64,000 bases of DNA, taken from the NCBI GenBank assembly GCA_964016885.1, contig OZ024741.1, positions 133,610,001 through 133,674,000 of the forward strand, in the 5' to 3' direction. Positions 51,059-64,000 of the stretch are shown here, in pieces. Within the stretch, counting starts at the first letter, position 1. Every line of letters begins with the position of its first letter. The notes beneath the pieces were generated by a model that ran no database searches, was not told the DNA's origin, and saw only the letters and a list, made by a program, of their open reading frames with translations. The position numbers and the translations under genes were made by a program. This DNA is from Eledone cirrhosa. Lineage: Eukaryota.

Positions 51059-51463
51059 GCAGCTGTCGCTCGATAAATCTGTAACGAGACCAACATATAC
51101 TTCAATATCACCATATTTTGAGTTCTATTGGTAAAATATTAAAGAACTGATTTGGTGATTTTTTAAAGTCATATTTACTTTCATAGTTGTTTTGTGTCGA
51201 TGAAATAAATACTTTCTCATAAAGATGAATTATTTTTCCATATTTTTCTTTCAACTTTTCAATATTAAAAACAATAAAAAATATCGTCTAGAAAATTTCA
51301 CTAATTCGTTGTGAAAAATAGTCTCTGAGTGTATGTACGTGTATATATATATGTAGAAGTATTTGCATATGTGTCTGATGTCTGTGTGTTTATATGTGGG
51401 ATGTTGGTATGTGTGTATATATGTACGTGTATGTTTGTGGAAGTATCTACGTGAGTATCTGTG

Positions 51464-51543
<80 letters not shown>

Positions 51544-54500
51544 AATGTGGGCATGTATGTTTGTGTGCCTGTATATATGTATATTTACGCTCGTGTGTGT
51601 GTAGGTGTGTTCATCTCCTGTTACAATAAGTTACTGAACAATTGACCACTGCTTACAGAGGGATACTAGGTGTGCGTCCACTGGTGTGGTACCTTCCAGT
51701 TCACTAAGGAAGCGTTCATCGAACGAGAAGAACTTCCAGCTAATGTCAATGCCACCAGATACGTGGCAGCATCCCAGTAAACGAGTGGAACATTCAGGCA
51801 ACGAAAGGAACCTCCAGACAACGTGAGAGGTCTAAACAACAAGCATAGCTTTTAAGCAAACGAGGGGAGCTTCCAGTTAATGTAAGAGCTACTAATTAAT
51901 GAACGGTGCCTCTACATAGTCATTCAACCAGTTAGTGTCAACAATAAATTTATGTATTTATGCATGTATGTATGCGTGCGTATGTATGCGTGCGTATGTA
52001 TGCATGCGTGTATGTATGTATGTATGTATGTATGTATGTATGTATGTATGTATGTATGTATGTATGTATGTATGTATGTATGTATGTCAGGTCACCAGTT
52101 GATGCTACTGGTAACATGTATTCCAGTACAACCTGTCCCATGGTCGCGTCGTTGGCGACTAAACTGGCAACCCCACCAAGGTTTCTTGGTGAGGAGGGTG
52201 GCTTTGGACATCCTGCAGGAATAAAAACAAAACCTGTCAAAGGGCAAAGGAGCTCTTAAGAGTCAATGGCCATCCAAAATCACCGGGAGAGATGACCCCT
52301 TAGCCTTTGTCAAGGCAAAATTCTAGGAGAAGGAAAACTCTGATATAACACCTGCAACCCTGATGGTATCCAATGATGTTGACTTGTTCTTCTTTTTGGT
52401 AAATATCATCTTGGTTAAGAGAGTGGGACTGGCTTTGTGCAGTGCCTTTGCTCACTATAAAAGCTTCACGGCACAGGCATTGCTTTATATCTGGAGATCC
52501 CTTTGCACTTGTCGTCACATGGTACCATGGGCCCAGCACTATGTGTCAATAATTGTCACAGGTGTAGTGTTTGTACCAGAGTTTTCAAGTCGTTGGCTGG
52601 ACTAAAAAGTCACACTCGTTCAGCGCATCGGTAGGGCTTCTCCTACATGGATATAAAGTAGTGGCCGTACTCGACAACGAGTTGGCAGCCACCATGTATG
52701 TATGTATGTATGTATGTATGTATGTATGTATGTATGTATGTATGTATGTATGTATGTATGTTTGCATCTATGTATGCGCGTATGTGTGTAGGTATACATG
52801 TATGTATGTGTGTGCGTATCTATGTATGCATGCATGTATGTATTTATGTATGTCTGGAACTCCTCAACTAAAGAAGGAAACACCAGTGAGAAAACCGAAG
52901 AAAAAAAATAACAAAGAAACAAAAAAACAAATAGCAAAACAACAAAACCGCGTTCGAAAAGAAGAAAATAAAGAAAAGAAAATGACGTATGGTGTTTATT
53001 TGGTTAGAGATGCTCAGACACCTTCCTTGCCGCTCTTGGCGCTATAAATGCAGCGAACCAGTAACTAGTGCAGCGAAAGCTTATAGTGAATGATGCTATT
53101 ATTCACAAAATGTGACACAAAACAAACAAATTATAATGGTTTGCAGTTGAAAAATATACTTTACTGATTTTGTCTATCTCAAATAATTTTGATCCCGAAA
53201 GATTACTGCTTATTTACACTTATGCAATTCATCAATCAATTACCACGCGATTTTCTTTTTTATAGTTTCGAAGTAAATAGTGAATAATTCGCTTTGGGAG
53301 TTGGTAAAAGTGTTAATGAGCTAAGAAAGTTTAAAGAAAGTACATTTATTTTCCGCAACAAATATTTAAAATGTTCAACGTAACATTGCATGCTATTCAT
53401 AAAATTCAATGTAGAATCAAAACTTCACATATGCCATTAATTAAGATTGATAACTTCTGTATACAGATTATATACTAAGATGTGAAGAATCGAGGGCTTC
53501 GCGGTTAGTGTGTTCGACTCACAATTGTAGGTTTGTGAGTTTCATTTCTTACGAGGCGTTGTGTCCTTGGGTAAGACACTATATTTCATGTCGCTCTGGT
53601 CCACCCAACTGGTATAAAATGAGTTGCACCTGTAATTTAAAAGGCAGCCTTTAGATTACACATTGTGCACCACTGCATTTCCCCTGGTACACATATTTGT
53701 GGAATGCTCGGCCATTTACAAAGGGAAATCCAGCGTGACACATGTGTGACAAGGCTGGCCCCTTCTTAAATTACAGGTACAACTCATTTTTGCCAGCTGA
53801 GTTGACTGGAGTAACATGAAATAAAGCGTCTTATTCAAGAACACAACGCGCCATCTGGTCCAGAAATCCAACTTCTTACGTTCTTGCGATGGCGAGATGA
53901 ACGCTTTAACCACTAAGTCACGCGCTTTCACACATACACACGCGCGCGCGCGCACATGTATGTGTGCGTGTGTGTGTGTTCGTGTGCTATAAACTTTTAT
54001 TGACTAAATCGAAGATCATTATTATTATTGAGTTTTCCGTCGGTCAACAAGCTTTGCAGCATATTTTACGTCCAAGTTCCTCCGCGGTTAGCTTTGCTTT
54101 TCATCCTTACGGAGTCAATAAAATAAAATACCAGTAACACACTGGGGTCGATTTAATCGCCTTTCCCTTTCCATTTCCTCGTGCCCAAAGTGGAAATAAT
54201 TATTATTGAGTTTTAATGTGAACAGGCATATTTTCTTTTACCTTTGTGGCTTTTGAATTTGCTTTCTTTTTCAATCAACGGAATGGTATGTCGATGTTTT
54301 AGTGCTGTATCGATTAAGCTTATTTACAAGGCAAAGTGATAATTCATCTAATAACTTGTTCACCCCATTCAGAGAAAAACAAAACTTTTTATTTGGACAT
54401 TTTTTCTTCGATTTATTTCACACACGTCGCTGACGACGAAACACGCATGAGAAACAAAACAATAATAAAAAAAGGGAAACAAAAATCATATACTTACAAA

Positions 54501-54884
54501 GTTGAGAAAATACTCATAGTTGAGAAAATATAGAAGAAAAAGGGAATTTAAGAGGAAATACATCAGGCATCAAAATACATACAAACAATGGTAGCCGAAG
54601 CTATGTTTTGTGTGGTTTTGTTCGCAACGGTGACAAAATTTTCAGTGCGGACTGGTTACGCTCCGAAAAATGTTTTCGCTTTCTGCTTGACTTATAATTA
54701 AGGAGTATCTTACTATTCAACATCTCACACACATTTCCTCGTTTCGGATACATCTCTCAAAATTCCGTTTTTCAGTTTCAACTTCCACTCTTCAATCGTT
54801 TAGTGTCCTACTGTTTTATTTTTGCACTGAGGAAGTAGGGAGAAAATATTTTTTTCTTTGTGGGTTTTTAAAAAATATCTACGG

Positions 54885-55680
54885 TCAAATTATATTAAAT
54901 CTATATGTTTCACATGTTGCCGGGTTTAAAGATCTACCACTGAACTATATTAAATCCATTTGTTATACATTTTGCCTTGTTTAAAGATCTACCACTGAAC
55001 TATATTAAATCTATATGTTATACATTTTGCCGGGTTTAAAGAGGTTTAAACTATATTAAATCTATGTTTTACATGTTGCCAAGTTTAAAGATCTATCGTT
55101 AAACTATATTAAATATGTATGTGAATTTTGTATATCTAAAGATATACGGTACGTATATAAATAAACATTTTGAAAGCTACACAGCTATGAATCGAACACT
55201 GGCGATCAGCGCCGCCGAGCGGTGTCCAGCAGAAGCAAGGGGGATAACCGTCGATGCATTTCGAACTTAATGGTTCTCATCAAGACGATGCTTCCCCTTC
55301 GCTACTGCTGGATTTGAAACAGCCAAAACATAGTTTTTTCGTCTGTGCAAGTGGGGTGATTAGCCTCCTTTACACACGACGCTGTATACGTTGGCTCAAC
55401 TTAAAATAGAATTAGTATGTAGCTTCGACATAGCTGTATACAAATATGTATGTGAATTTCGTATATCTAAAGATATACGAAATTTTAATTATATTAAATA
55501 TATTTTTTTTACATGTCGCCAGTTTTAAAGGGATCTACCGTTAAACTATATTGAATCTGTTTTACATGTTGTCAGGTTTAAAGATCTACCGTTAAACTAT
55601 ATTAAATTTGTTTCATGTGTTGCCAGGTATATAGATCTACCGTTAAACTATATCAAATCTGTTTTACATGTTGCCAGTTT
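54885..55680. repeat. ~50-bp minisatellite interrupted by a retrozyme
   Basis: Repeated ttaaagatctaccgttaaactatattaaatct..tttacatgttgcc. Confidence 0.8.
55111..55479 (-). mobile_element. Retrozyme family D (331-nt monomer plus 38-nt redundancy); hammerhead at 55247-55289
   Basis: 38-bp direct repeat at 55111 and 55442. atcgtc-TTGATGA-gaac cattaa gttc-GAAA-tgca-TC-gacggt, with stem I extended by 18 of 20 bp (55225-55312). Confidence 0.82.
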
Positions 55681-55689
55681 TTCTCTCAT

Positions 55690-56555
55690 TCACTATAAAT
55701 GCCACCCCTCTTCTTATTTTTCCGTACCCTTCTTGATGACGAGTGCATCCGCATAGGACTGGCCCAATGTCTCGGCATCCGCGTGTGTGAGCCACACAAA
55801 ATGCCGTTATGGGGCTGTCGTTGACAAGTTTGGCCTGCACCTACTGTCATGCCACCAGAGCGCAGATCGGTTCCACCGACAAGCCACCCTGAAAGACATA
55901 TTCAGAAAGAGCCTGGATGCATCTGGCTTCCCATTACAATTGGAGCCTGCAGGCCTCGACCGCGGAGACGGCAAGCACTCCGACGGAATTACCCCTTCCC
56001 ATTCGAAGGAGGTAAATCCTTCATCTGGGAAGCCACCAGTTGTGACAAGTTCTCCGCCTCCAACTTAGTCGCCTCAGCCACAAACCCCAGTACTGCGGCC
56101 CGCAATATAGAGGAAAGGAAGATAAACAAATACCGGAGATTGTTCGGCCGCTCCCTCTTCGCACTGGTCGCCGTCGAGACGGAATGTCGGTAGCCCGTCT
56201 GAGGAAGGAACACCGCGAAGTGGGGTGGCTGTTGCACCGGGTATCGCTGGCCATTGTCCGTGGAAATACTTTTGCGGTCTTGTCGGGGCGCAGCCCTATC
56301 ACTGCCGCGCCCTAGAGTCAGAGCCCATCACCCTTCCCATCTCTTTCTTCTGTGGCCCTAGGGTCCTTGCTTTCCCCCTCCATTTCCTCTCATTTATGGC
56401 ATTTATAGCCCTTTCTTCTACTTTCCCATACAGTCAGATCTGCCCTTCTTTATCCTTCCCCTCATTACTTAATTTTGTTTTTATCTTTCTTTTTCATATT
56501 TATGTAATTATCAATGGTTTTTAAGCCAACTTTGTGAATGTATTGAGAATAAATA
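55690..56555 (+). pseudogene. CRE-clade non-LTR retrotransposon 3' part (CCHC plus restriction-like endonuclease)
   Basis: VDKFGLHLLSC...LEPAGLDRGDGKHSDG, GKSFIWEAT, KINKYRRL, AVET; AATAAA at ~56548. Confidence 0.8.
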
Positions 56556-56869
56556 TTTATTTTATGTTAAAACATGAAAAACAAAATACAAAGTATAACT
56601 TTTCTGAAATGTGTAAATTTAAGTTATATATGTAATTCAACAACAGTACAACTCAACATCGCTACCCCTGTGAGGCGAACCAGCAGAGTGTTCTCTGGCG
56701 TGTGGGAGCCTATGTGTAGACCACCTCGTGGTCACAGCAGGCAGAACGCAAAAAACGTGACACCGGAGGATGGTGAGGGATACTCGTTGTAATAGCTATT
56801 CCAACTCGCGGGGTTCACTCCTGTGGATAACCAAGTTGGTCCAAAGGCCAATAACGAAGGAAGTTTCCT

Positions 56870-57200
56870 CCGATACAGGTTCGACTACAAACCTATCGGA
56901 AAGTGACCGATATTTCAACTCATTGCGAACTTCGGCTTGACGAGCAGCGAAGCTTGGGTCAGTCGTCGAATGTACTAGGTTGCCACTGGAGAAAGTATCA
57001 TTGCATGTAGTATCCCAGATGAAGGGCTTACCACCGCGGAACGGGAAGATCGTTATGTCGTATAGCCTTTTGCCGTCGCTTCGGTCTGGCCGCGCCGGCT
57101 CGAGCTGGGAAGAGAAGACTCCAGTGTCAAAGCCATGTTTTATGATCTCTTTGAGAGTGGCATGATGTGGGAGGCGGCAGGCACTGTAATAGCATGACAG
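56870..57200 (-). pseudogene. Second CRE-like endonuclease relic
   Basis: LEPARPDRSDGKR...FPFRGGKPFIWDTTCNDTF on the minus strand. Confidence 0.7.
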
Positions 57201-57389
57201 TGTGTGGAGGATTTATGGCAAAATTCTGTCACTAAGGATTTTCTCTCCTAGTTGCAAGTTTGGAGAAAGAAAATTTAATGTTCTACAGCGGTTTCTAATC
57301 AAGTTGTTTTTAATAAATCTGTTTGAATTTCGTTCCTATTTTTCTCCAAGCATGATTTCATTTTCTTCTTTCTTGTACCAAATGTGCCC

Positions 57390-57530
57390 CGTATGACTGG
57401 TTGTATTTCAATTTCTTTTCATATTCCACATTCTTGCAATTTCTCTTTCCAGATCTTGGTATTTCTCAATATTTTCTTGTTCTTTCTTCCACTCTCTGTA
57501 GTCACCTGGAGACGGGATGTCTAGTATTGT
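57390..57530 (-). pseudogene. Dong/R4-like restriction-like endonuclease relic
   Basis: ILDIPSPGD...KEQENIEKYQDLEREIARMW. Confidence 0.7.
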
Positions 57531-58307
57531 CTCGTGACTTGACTCTTTTTAGGAGCCCGTAAATTAGTTCTTTGTTCCTCTTTTTGAGACATAACGGAGA
57601 TACAGTCAACAGAAGTGCTTTTATCAGCAACCGGAATAGTGGGAATTGAATTCAAATTGTAACCAAACGACACTAAATACTGCTGAGAATTTAGTACGCT
57701 ATACTAAAATTTCTGTCAGCTTTCTGGCTGAAATATTGCCCCCCCCCCGTCTCTTCCGATGACCAGTGTTGAAGTTGTTTGATCAATCGAACATCCTGCT
57801 TGCGAAATTAACGTGCAAGTGGCTGAGCATTTCACAGACACGCGTGCCCATAACTTAATTCTCAAGGAGATTCCACGCGACACTGTGCATCAAGGTTGGC
57901 CCTTTGAACTTCAGGTATAATTACTTTTTGACAGCTGAGCAGACTGGAGCGACGTCAAATAAAATGTTTTACTCAAGGGAACAACGCGCCAGCGGGAATC
58001 GATCGCACGACAACATGATCGTGTGCCGAATACCCTAAGCGCTAAACCACTGTCTGAAAAAAGAACAATAAGATCTCAATCGCTGTCTTTAGTTACATTG
58101 TGGTATTGAAAAGGAACATAATAAAATTTGACGCAACAATTGGCTTATGAGATAAATATTTATTCGTTGAAGCAAAATCTTACAATAGTTGAAAATAGAC
58201 ATGGAATTTTATCTAAAAAAAAGAGGGGAAAACCCAAGTAGTAAAAAGGTTATTAGAGAGGTTGGCAACTGTGTAAAGTGCTTGATAGATGCGTATATGA
58301 AGGTATA

Positions 58308-59597
58308 AGAGGTGTGCCAGAAAAGTTCAAGGACTGATGTCACAAAGGATTTATTTCAAACCCAAACTTCACACTAAGAGTTTTATCCCCTCTGGAGTAT
58401 GTAACTGTAATCTTAGCTCTCTGCAGCGATCAAACGTTTTTCTTCATCATTTTATATACATGTCCTCTGTTTCAGGTCGTCAAGCAATGAGCACAGAGCA
58501 ACGAACAAACTTGAAGTTTCTGGTACGGTTGGGGAAAACTCCGTCAGAAGCACTAGGATTGCTGCAACAAGTGTATGGAGATGAGACGATGTCACGCTCA
58601 CGTGTTTTTGAGTGGTGCAAGAGGTTTAAAGAAGGACGCGAGGACGTGGAAGATGACCCCAGGAGTGGAAGGCCCTCAACAACCAGGACTGAGGTCAATG
58701 TTGAGCGCATCAGGCAGATTGTGCGTAGCCATCGTCGGCTGACTGTTCGACTGATGGCAAATGAGCTGGGCATGAATCGGGACAGCGTCTGGAAGATTCT
58801 CACTGAAGATTTGGACATGCGGAAAGTCTGCGCGAAGATGGTGCCAAAAACTGCTGAACGATGACCAGAAGGGTCGACGCATGTAAGTGTGCCAGGACAT
58901 CCTCAAGCGTCTTGAAACCGAACCAGACTTGCTAGGGACAGTCATCACCGGTGATGAGTTATGGATCTTCGAGTACAACCCGGAAACCAAACGCCAGAGC
59001 CTTCAGTGGAAAAGTCCGTCGTCGCCAAGGCCGAAGAAAGCACGATAGTCGAAGTCCAAAGTCAAGGTCATGTTGATCACATTCTTCGATGTGAGGGGGA
59101 TCGTTCACTGCGAGTTCTTGCCACATGGCCAGACGATCAACCAACATGTCTACAAAGAGATACTGCAGCGTTTGCTTCGTTCAGTGCGTGAGAAGAGGCG
59201 AGAGTTGTGGCAGGACAACTCGTGGCTGCTTCACCATGATAACGCGCCTGCTCACAATGCCCTGAGCACCCGACAGTTCCTGACCGAGAAGAACATTGCA
59301 GTGCTGGAGCAACCTCCCTACTCCCCCGACCTGGCTCCGTGTGATTTTTTTCTATTCCCCAAGCTCAAGGGAGTCATCAAGGGGACCCGTTTTGAAGACG
59401 TGGACGACATCAAAAAGACCGTGACGACGGAACTGCGAAGGATCCCGGAAGAAACCTTCCAGGAGTGCATGCAAGCGTGGCAGAAACGCATGGAAAAGTG
59501 CATTAGACTCCAGGGGGATTACTTTGAAGGAGAAAACTCTTAGGTTTGAAATAAATCTTTTGTGACATCAGTCCTGGAACTTTTCTGACACACCTTG
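58308..59597 (+). mobile_element. Full-length mariner (DD34D) with a pseudogenised transposase (58487-59543)
   Basis: TA TSDs; ITGDE, LHHDNAPAH and YSPDLAPCDFFLFPKLK motifs; +1 frameshift near 58850; stops near 58884 and 59046. Confidence 0.95.
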
Positions 59598-60435
59598 TAT
59601 ATATTATGTTTTTGTATAATGGTTTCCGATTTAGGCACAAGGCCAACGATGTTTTGGGAGGTGGGGAAGGAAAGTCGATTAAATCACCCCCAGTGCGTTA
59701 CTGGTGCTTTATTTTATCGATCTCTGCAAGGGTGAAAGGCAAAACTAACCTCGACGGGATTTGAACTCTGAACATAAAGAGCCGTAACTATATGCTGTAA
59801 AGCATCTTGTCCGACGCTCTACCGATACTACCAACCTACCGTCTTATATGTTTATGTATAATGCTTTCTGATTTAAGCACAAGACCAACAATTTTGGGGA
59901 GGAGAAAATGGATTAAGTCGACTCCAGTGCGTCACTGGTACTTTATTTTAACGACCTTGTAAGAATGAAGAGTAAAGCTAACATCGACGGGATTTGAACT
60001 CAGAACATAAAGAGTCATAGCTATATGCCACAAAGCATGCTGTCTGACGCTCTACCGATTCTGCTAATTCTGCCTTATATGTTTATGTATAATAATTGTT
60101 TTTACTTTTGGCACAAGGCCAGCAATTACCCAGTACATTACTGGAACTTTATTTTATCGGCTCCGTAAGGATGAAAGGCAAAGTTAACCTCGACGGGATA
60201 TGAATTCCCTTTACTGTCTGAGTTCAAATCCCGTCAAGGTTAACTTTGCCTTTCACCCTTACAAGGTCGTTAAAATAAAGTTTATGCATAATAATAAATT
60301 GCGATTATGTCACAGTTACCTCAGTAATTCAATTAATAAGAGTGGCTATATTTTCAATTGAGTTGAATGGGAATAATATTGAAAGAATGATGCAATATCA
60401 ATCACGTTAACCAACTAACAATAATATAGCGAGCA

Positions 60436-60700
60436 AACCAACCACACTATACTACACCAACCACACTATACTACACCAACCACACTATACTACACTAATC
60501 ACACTATACTACACCAACCACACTATACTACACCAACCACACTATACTACACTAATCACACTATACTACACCAACCACACTATACTACACCAACCACACT
60601 ATACTACACCAACCACACTATACTACACCAACCATACTATACTACACCAATCACACTAATATATATTACACCAACCTCACTAATTATGCTACACCAACAA
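60436..60700. repeat. 19-bp minisatellite (accacactatactacacca)n
   Basis: Read directly. Confidence 0.9.
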
Positions 60701-61509
60701 CATTACAAAAGGAATCCAAACTATACACTTCAACAGTATCTAGCACATCGTCACATATTTAGCACCAGATGGACCCTAATCGAATAGTTCTATGATCATA
60801 GACAACCCTACCATGGCTAACTCGTCAAATTTTAAAGTAGAGCTCATCTAGAATCATATAATTCCAATGTCCTTACTAATTTTTAAAGGCGGCAGGTGTT
60901 GTTTTTCGGTTGACTTGACTGTTATTTGCCGCAGGTTGAGCAACAAATGTGTACAGACTGTCTTGTTGGCTACAAGTACATCCTTATTAACATCTTGAAG
61001 CCGATCATTAAAAAAACTACCAGGATTGGAGATACAATATATTGTCAAAGATCTACCAACTATAAACAAACTCATTGAGTACATGGAGGTTACGAAAAGA
61101 TTCAAGAACAGAAACCTTTAGCTGCTTTACAGCTTTCCTTGCTTCCCATTTTGACTGTATCTTATTTCCTTATTTTGCCTTCAGTTGGCCTTCCCTATTT
61201 AATTAAAAAAATATATTTTTATTTTTATATTCACTTATCTCTGTCTAGTTGTTTTTGTTTGTTTTTCAACTGTAAGAAGTACCAGATATTTCCCCCAGTT
61301 TGTCATGGCCTCGTAGCTCTATACGACCGTTTAAATTGATTAAATAAATATATAACAGTAATTGCAGCTTTCCCTATATTTACCACATGATATAACGATG
61401 TTTTATATTTCATATGTGTTACATTAATACAAAGCATCGACCAATAAGATGAAGACAAACAACAACATTAGCAAACAATATACAAATGCCATTTATTCCA
61501 TACACTTGT

Positions 61510-61556
<47 letters not shown>

Positions 61557-61616
61557 TATATATATTAATATGAGTATGTGTTAGTTAATCACCGACACTT
61601 TACTATTAGTAAGGTT

Positions 61617-62098
61617 AGGAACGTACGTTTTGTTAGCTTGGCGAGCCAATTTATTCAACTTGTGCCGATGGAATTGATCCGGAAAATGTTAACTTAAAAG
61701 AAGAGAAGTAGAAGAGTGCTCAAAAGGGGAGCTAACAAGGTGGAACATTATGAGAAAGTTATTTGGCCTAAGGGAGACACCTTCACCAAGTAGCTGTTAT
61801 TTTGATCATCTCAAGCGGAACAACCGCTAAATTACTAAGATATTAAAGAGGGAACTCTAAGAAATAAAGGTATTTCGGAAAAAATAAATACTAAAGAGGA
61901 CAGTTCTTTAAAAGGTGTTTCGCTGCGTAGGAGCATTGCGAGAAAAAACCCCATTCGTGTACTCAACGTTGAAAACTTGCCCCCCCCCCCGCCCCTTGAG
62001 CACTATTCTACTTTTCTTTTAAGTAAACATTTTCTGGCTCAATTCCATCGGCACAGGTTGAATAAGTTGGCCCCGAAGTTAACAAAACGTACGTTCCT
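61617..62098. mobile_element. Element with diverged ~105-bp inverted repeats
   Basis: 61617-61723 versus 61996-62098. Confidence 0.7.
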
Positions 62099-62225
62099 GG
62101 TATGGGACTGTTGTAATACCTGGCCTTAATTATTATAGCAAAAGTCGTTCTGCAAACTTGAGTTGCTCTATACCTTGTATACCTTGCTTGGATGTCTCTA
62201 CCAATATATATATATATATATATAT

Positions 62226-62343
62226 ACCGGATTTCACATGGACACACACATACACATATATATCCTCACACACAATTATATATATATATATAATTGTGTG
62301 TGAGGATATATATGTGTCTGTGTGTGTCCATGTGAAATCCGGT
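62226..62343. repeat. Near-perfect palindrome centred on (TA)n
   Basis: accggatttcacatggacac...gtgtccatgtgaaatccggt. Confidence 0.9.
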
Positions 62344-63212
62344 TGACTTAAGACATATTGGGAAAATTCCAAATTTGAAATTTAGTCGTTCTAAAGTAAA
62401 TGACTACAATAATAGTAGATAACTATAATTAATAGTTAAGAAAATCGGATAAATTAACTCTGTCTACTTTTCCCGTCCTCAGGGGTGCTTACCTGATTTT
62501 CTCAAATATAGTTTATGGTGATCGACCGTTATTTTAGTCATTTATTTTGAGGTGACTACGATTCAAATGCCCCCCCCCCCACCCCTCTCTCTCTCTATAT
62601 ATATATATATATTATTCAAGATAATGTGGCGTCAGATCCTTTCGGTATTGTAAACAGTGTGGCCTGTGAATGGCAAACAGACGTAGAGATGTACTATCTC
62701 TAAGAGAAAGATAAGTATGAAACCAAACATTAGCCGGTATAATTTCATGTAATAACGTTATTATGTAAATGTATAGCTTCTCTGGTGATTTAAAGTTATC
62801 GTGATAATAATAAAGGCGGAAATAATAAAGGCGGAAGTACGTTTTAAATATTAAACAATTCTCAAGTAGGGTTGAATTTTTCAAATATTTTTCAAAAAAT
62901 TCTCTTCTACTTGATCCAAATATAGAAATACTTATTTTATCTGATTTAAAAAAAAGGAGATTTTTAATTACAGGCCTGGGAATTTTTGCCCATATATATA
63001 TATATATATATATATAGAAATTACATGAATCAAAGTTCTGTTTAAATCATTTATTTGCTTACAATTGTTTCTTCCAAACCGAGGTTTGAAGTCTTCGGAG
63101 CAATTATTCAGTGATTTTTTACATACTTGACCTCCTTTTCAACACAAGAGTTTAAAATATATATAACTATAAAAGGTTTTAGTATATACTTAACCATAAA
63201 TAGTATCCTTAA

Positions 63213-63288
<76 letters not shown>

Positions 63289-63376
63289 ATGTGTGTGTGT
63301 GTTTATATATATTTATACACACACATACACACATATATATATATAAACATATAGACACACACACACACACATATAC

Positions 63377-63613
63377 ATGCGGTCGTTAATGTAGTATAAT
63401 TAGCTTCGTTGTTATTCTTGACTGTTTGTCTGGAGCTTGTAACCGGACGAGATTGACCGTACATGCAGTTGAATGTCTGAGTATTGATTGCCGGAAACTT
63501 GTTTGTTGCTATATGTGCAGAAGAACAGTCAGCTGGTCGACACGACCTATTATTGGTGCGTTTTACCGCGCTCCGAATATCAGTGTGTAACTTGAGAAGA
63601 GGAGATTTAGCAC
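63377..63613 (-). CDS. Possible exon of an unidentified neighbouring gene (possible terminal exon at 60854-60993)
   Basis: Acceptor aatttacag and 79 open non-repetitive codons (GAKSPLLKLHTDIRSAVKRT...). The donor gtatat is weak. Phase-compatible with a ...HLPPLKISKDIGII* segment. Confidence 0.3.
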
Positions 63614-63842
63614 CTGTAAATTATCAATAAATATATGAAAGATGACAAAGACAGTTACATATATTCACACAAGTACAGACACAAACACAAACACGCATAT
63701 TTATTTATATATCACTCTCTCTTTCTCCTCCCCCTTTCTCTCTCCCTTCTCTCTCTCCTCTCTCTCCCCCTGAAAAAAAATCAGCTTTGAGCAAAAAATA
63801 AAACAACTTCCTTGAAGAAAAGACGTTCTGAAATACATACAC

Positions 63843-63955
<113 letters not shown>

Positions 63956-64000
63956 GAGATATTTAATTTGTTGGAAATCCAACAAATTAAGATGTTTACA

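Noticed and set aside
54430-54455. CTGACGAcGAAAC as a hammerhead
   Set aside because: No stem II and no closing stem I.
54498-54563. MYFLLNSLFLLYFLNYEYFLNF|gtaagt as the PHM-like signal exon
   Set aside because: The donor is phase 0, but the next known exon needs phase 1.
60436-60700. Short tandem repeats as a CRISPR array (also 4165-4385, 54885-55680)
   Set aside because: No unique spacers, no cas genes and a eukaryotic context.
61425-61492. MAFVYCLLMLLFVFILLVDA signal-like ORF on the minus strand
   Set aside because: It stops after 22 codons with no convincing phase-1 donor.

Overview
AT-rich, microsatellite-dense eukaryotic DNA. The SINE families suggest an octopod cephalopod (inference). 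Most of the ORF track is repeat noise. Manual exon assembly gives two host genes that the track misses. (1) A minus-strand, divergent peptidylglycine alpha-hydroxylating monooxygenase (PHM)-like gene with 7 phase-compatible exons at 3.0-25.2 kb, one GC-AG intron, and the CuH His-His pair changed to Arg-His. One 59-nt exon is present four times in a ~2.67-kb tandem array. (2) A plus-strand, TATA/Inr-driven gene for an 89-aa secreted Ala/Pro-repeat peptide (40-51 kb). The most striking signal is non-coding. At least seven families of short elements carry type I hammerhead ribozymes, many of them minimal with palindromic loop III. Four families show >1-monomer terminal redundancy (~311-628 nt); families A and B are clearly circularly permuted between copies. 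Other signs are ends at the self-cleavage site, C3-G8/U3-A8 covariation, fold-back palindromes and insertion into (TA)n. They lie beside decayed Penelope-like retroelements that carry their own hammerheads, which fits a retrozyme/circular-RNA system mobilised by Penelope RT. The window also holds Tx1/L1, CR1, RTE, CRE and Dong/R4 LINE pieces, three mariner copies, a hAT element nested in a MITE, Helitron derivatives and many SINEs. All folds and alignments were done by eye; no searches were run.
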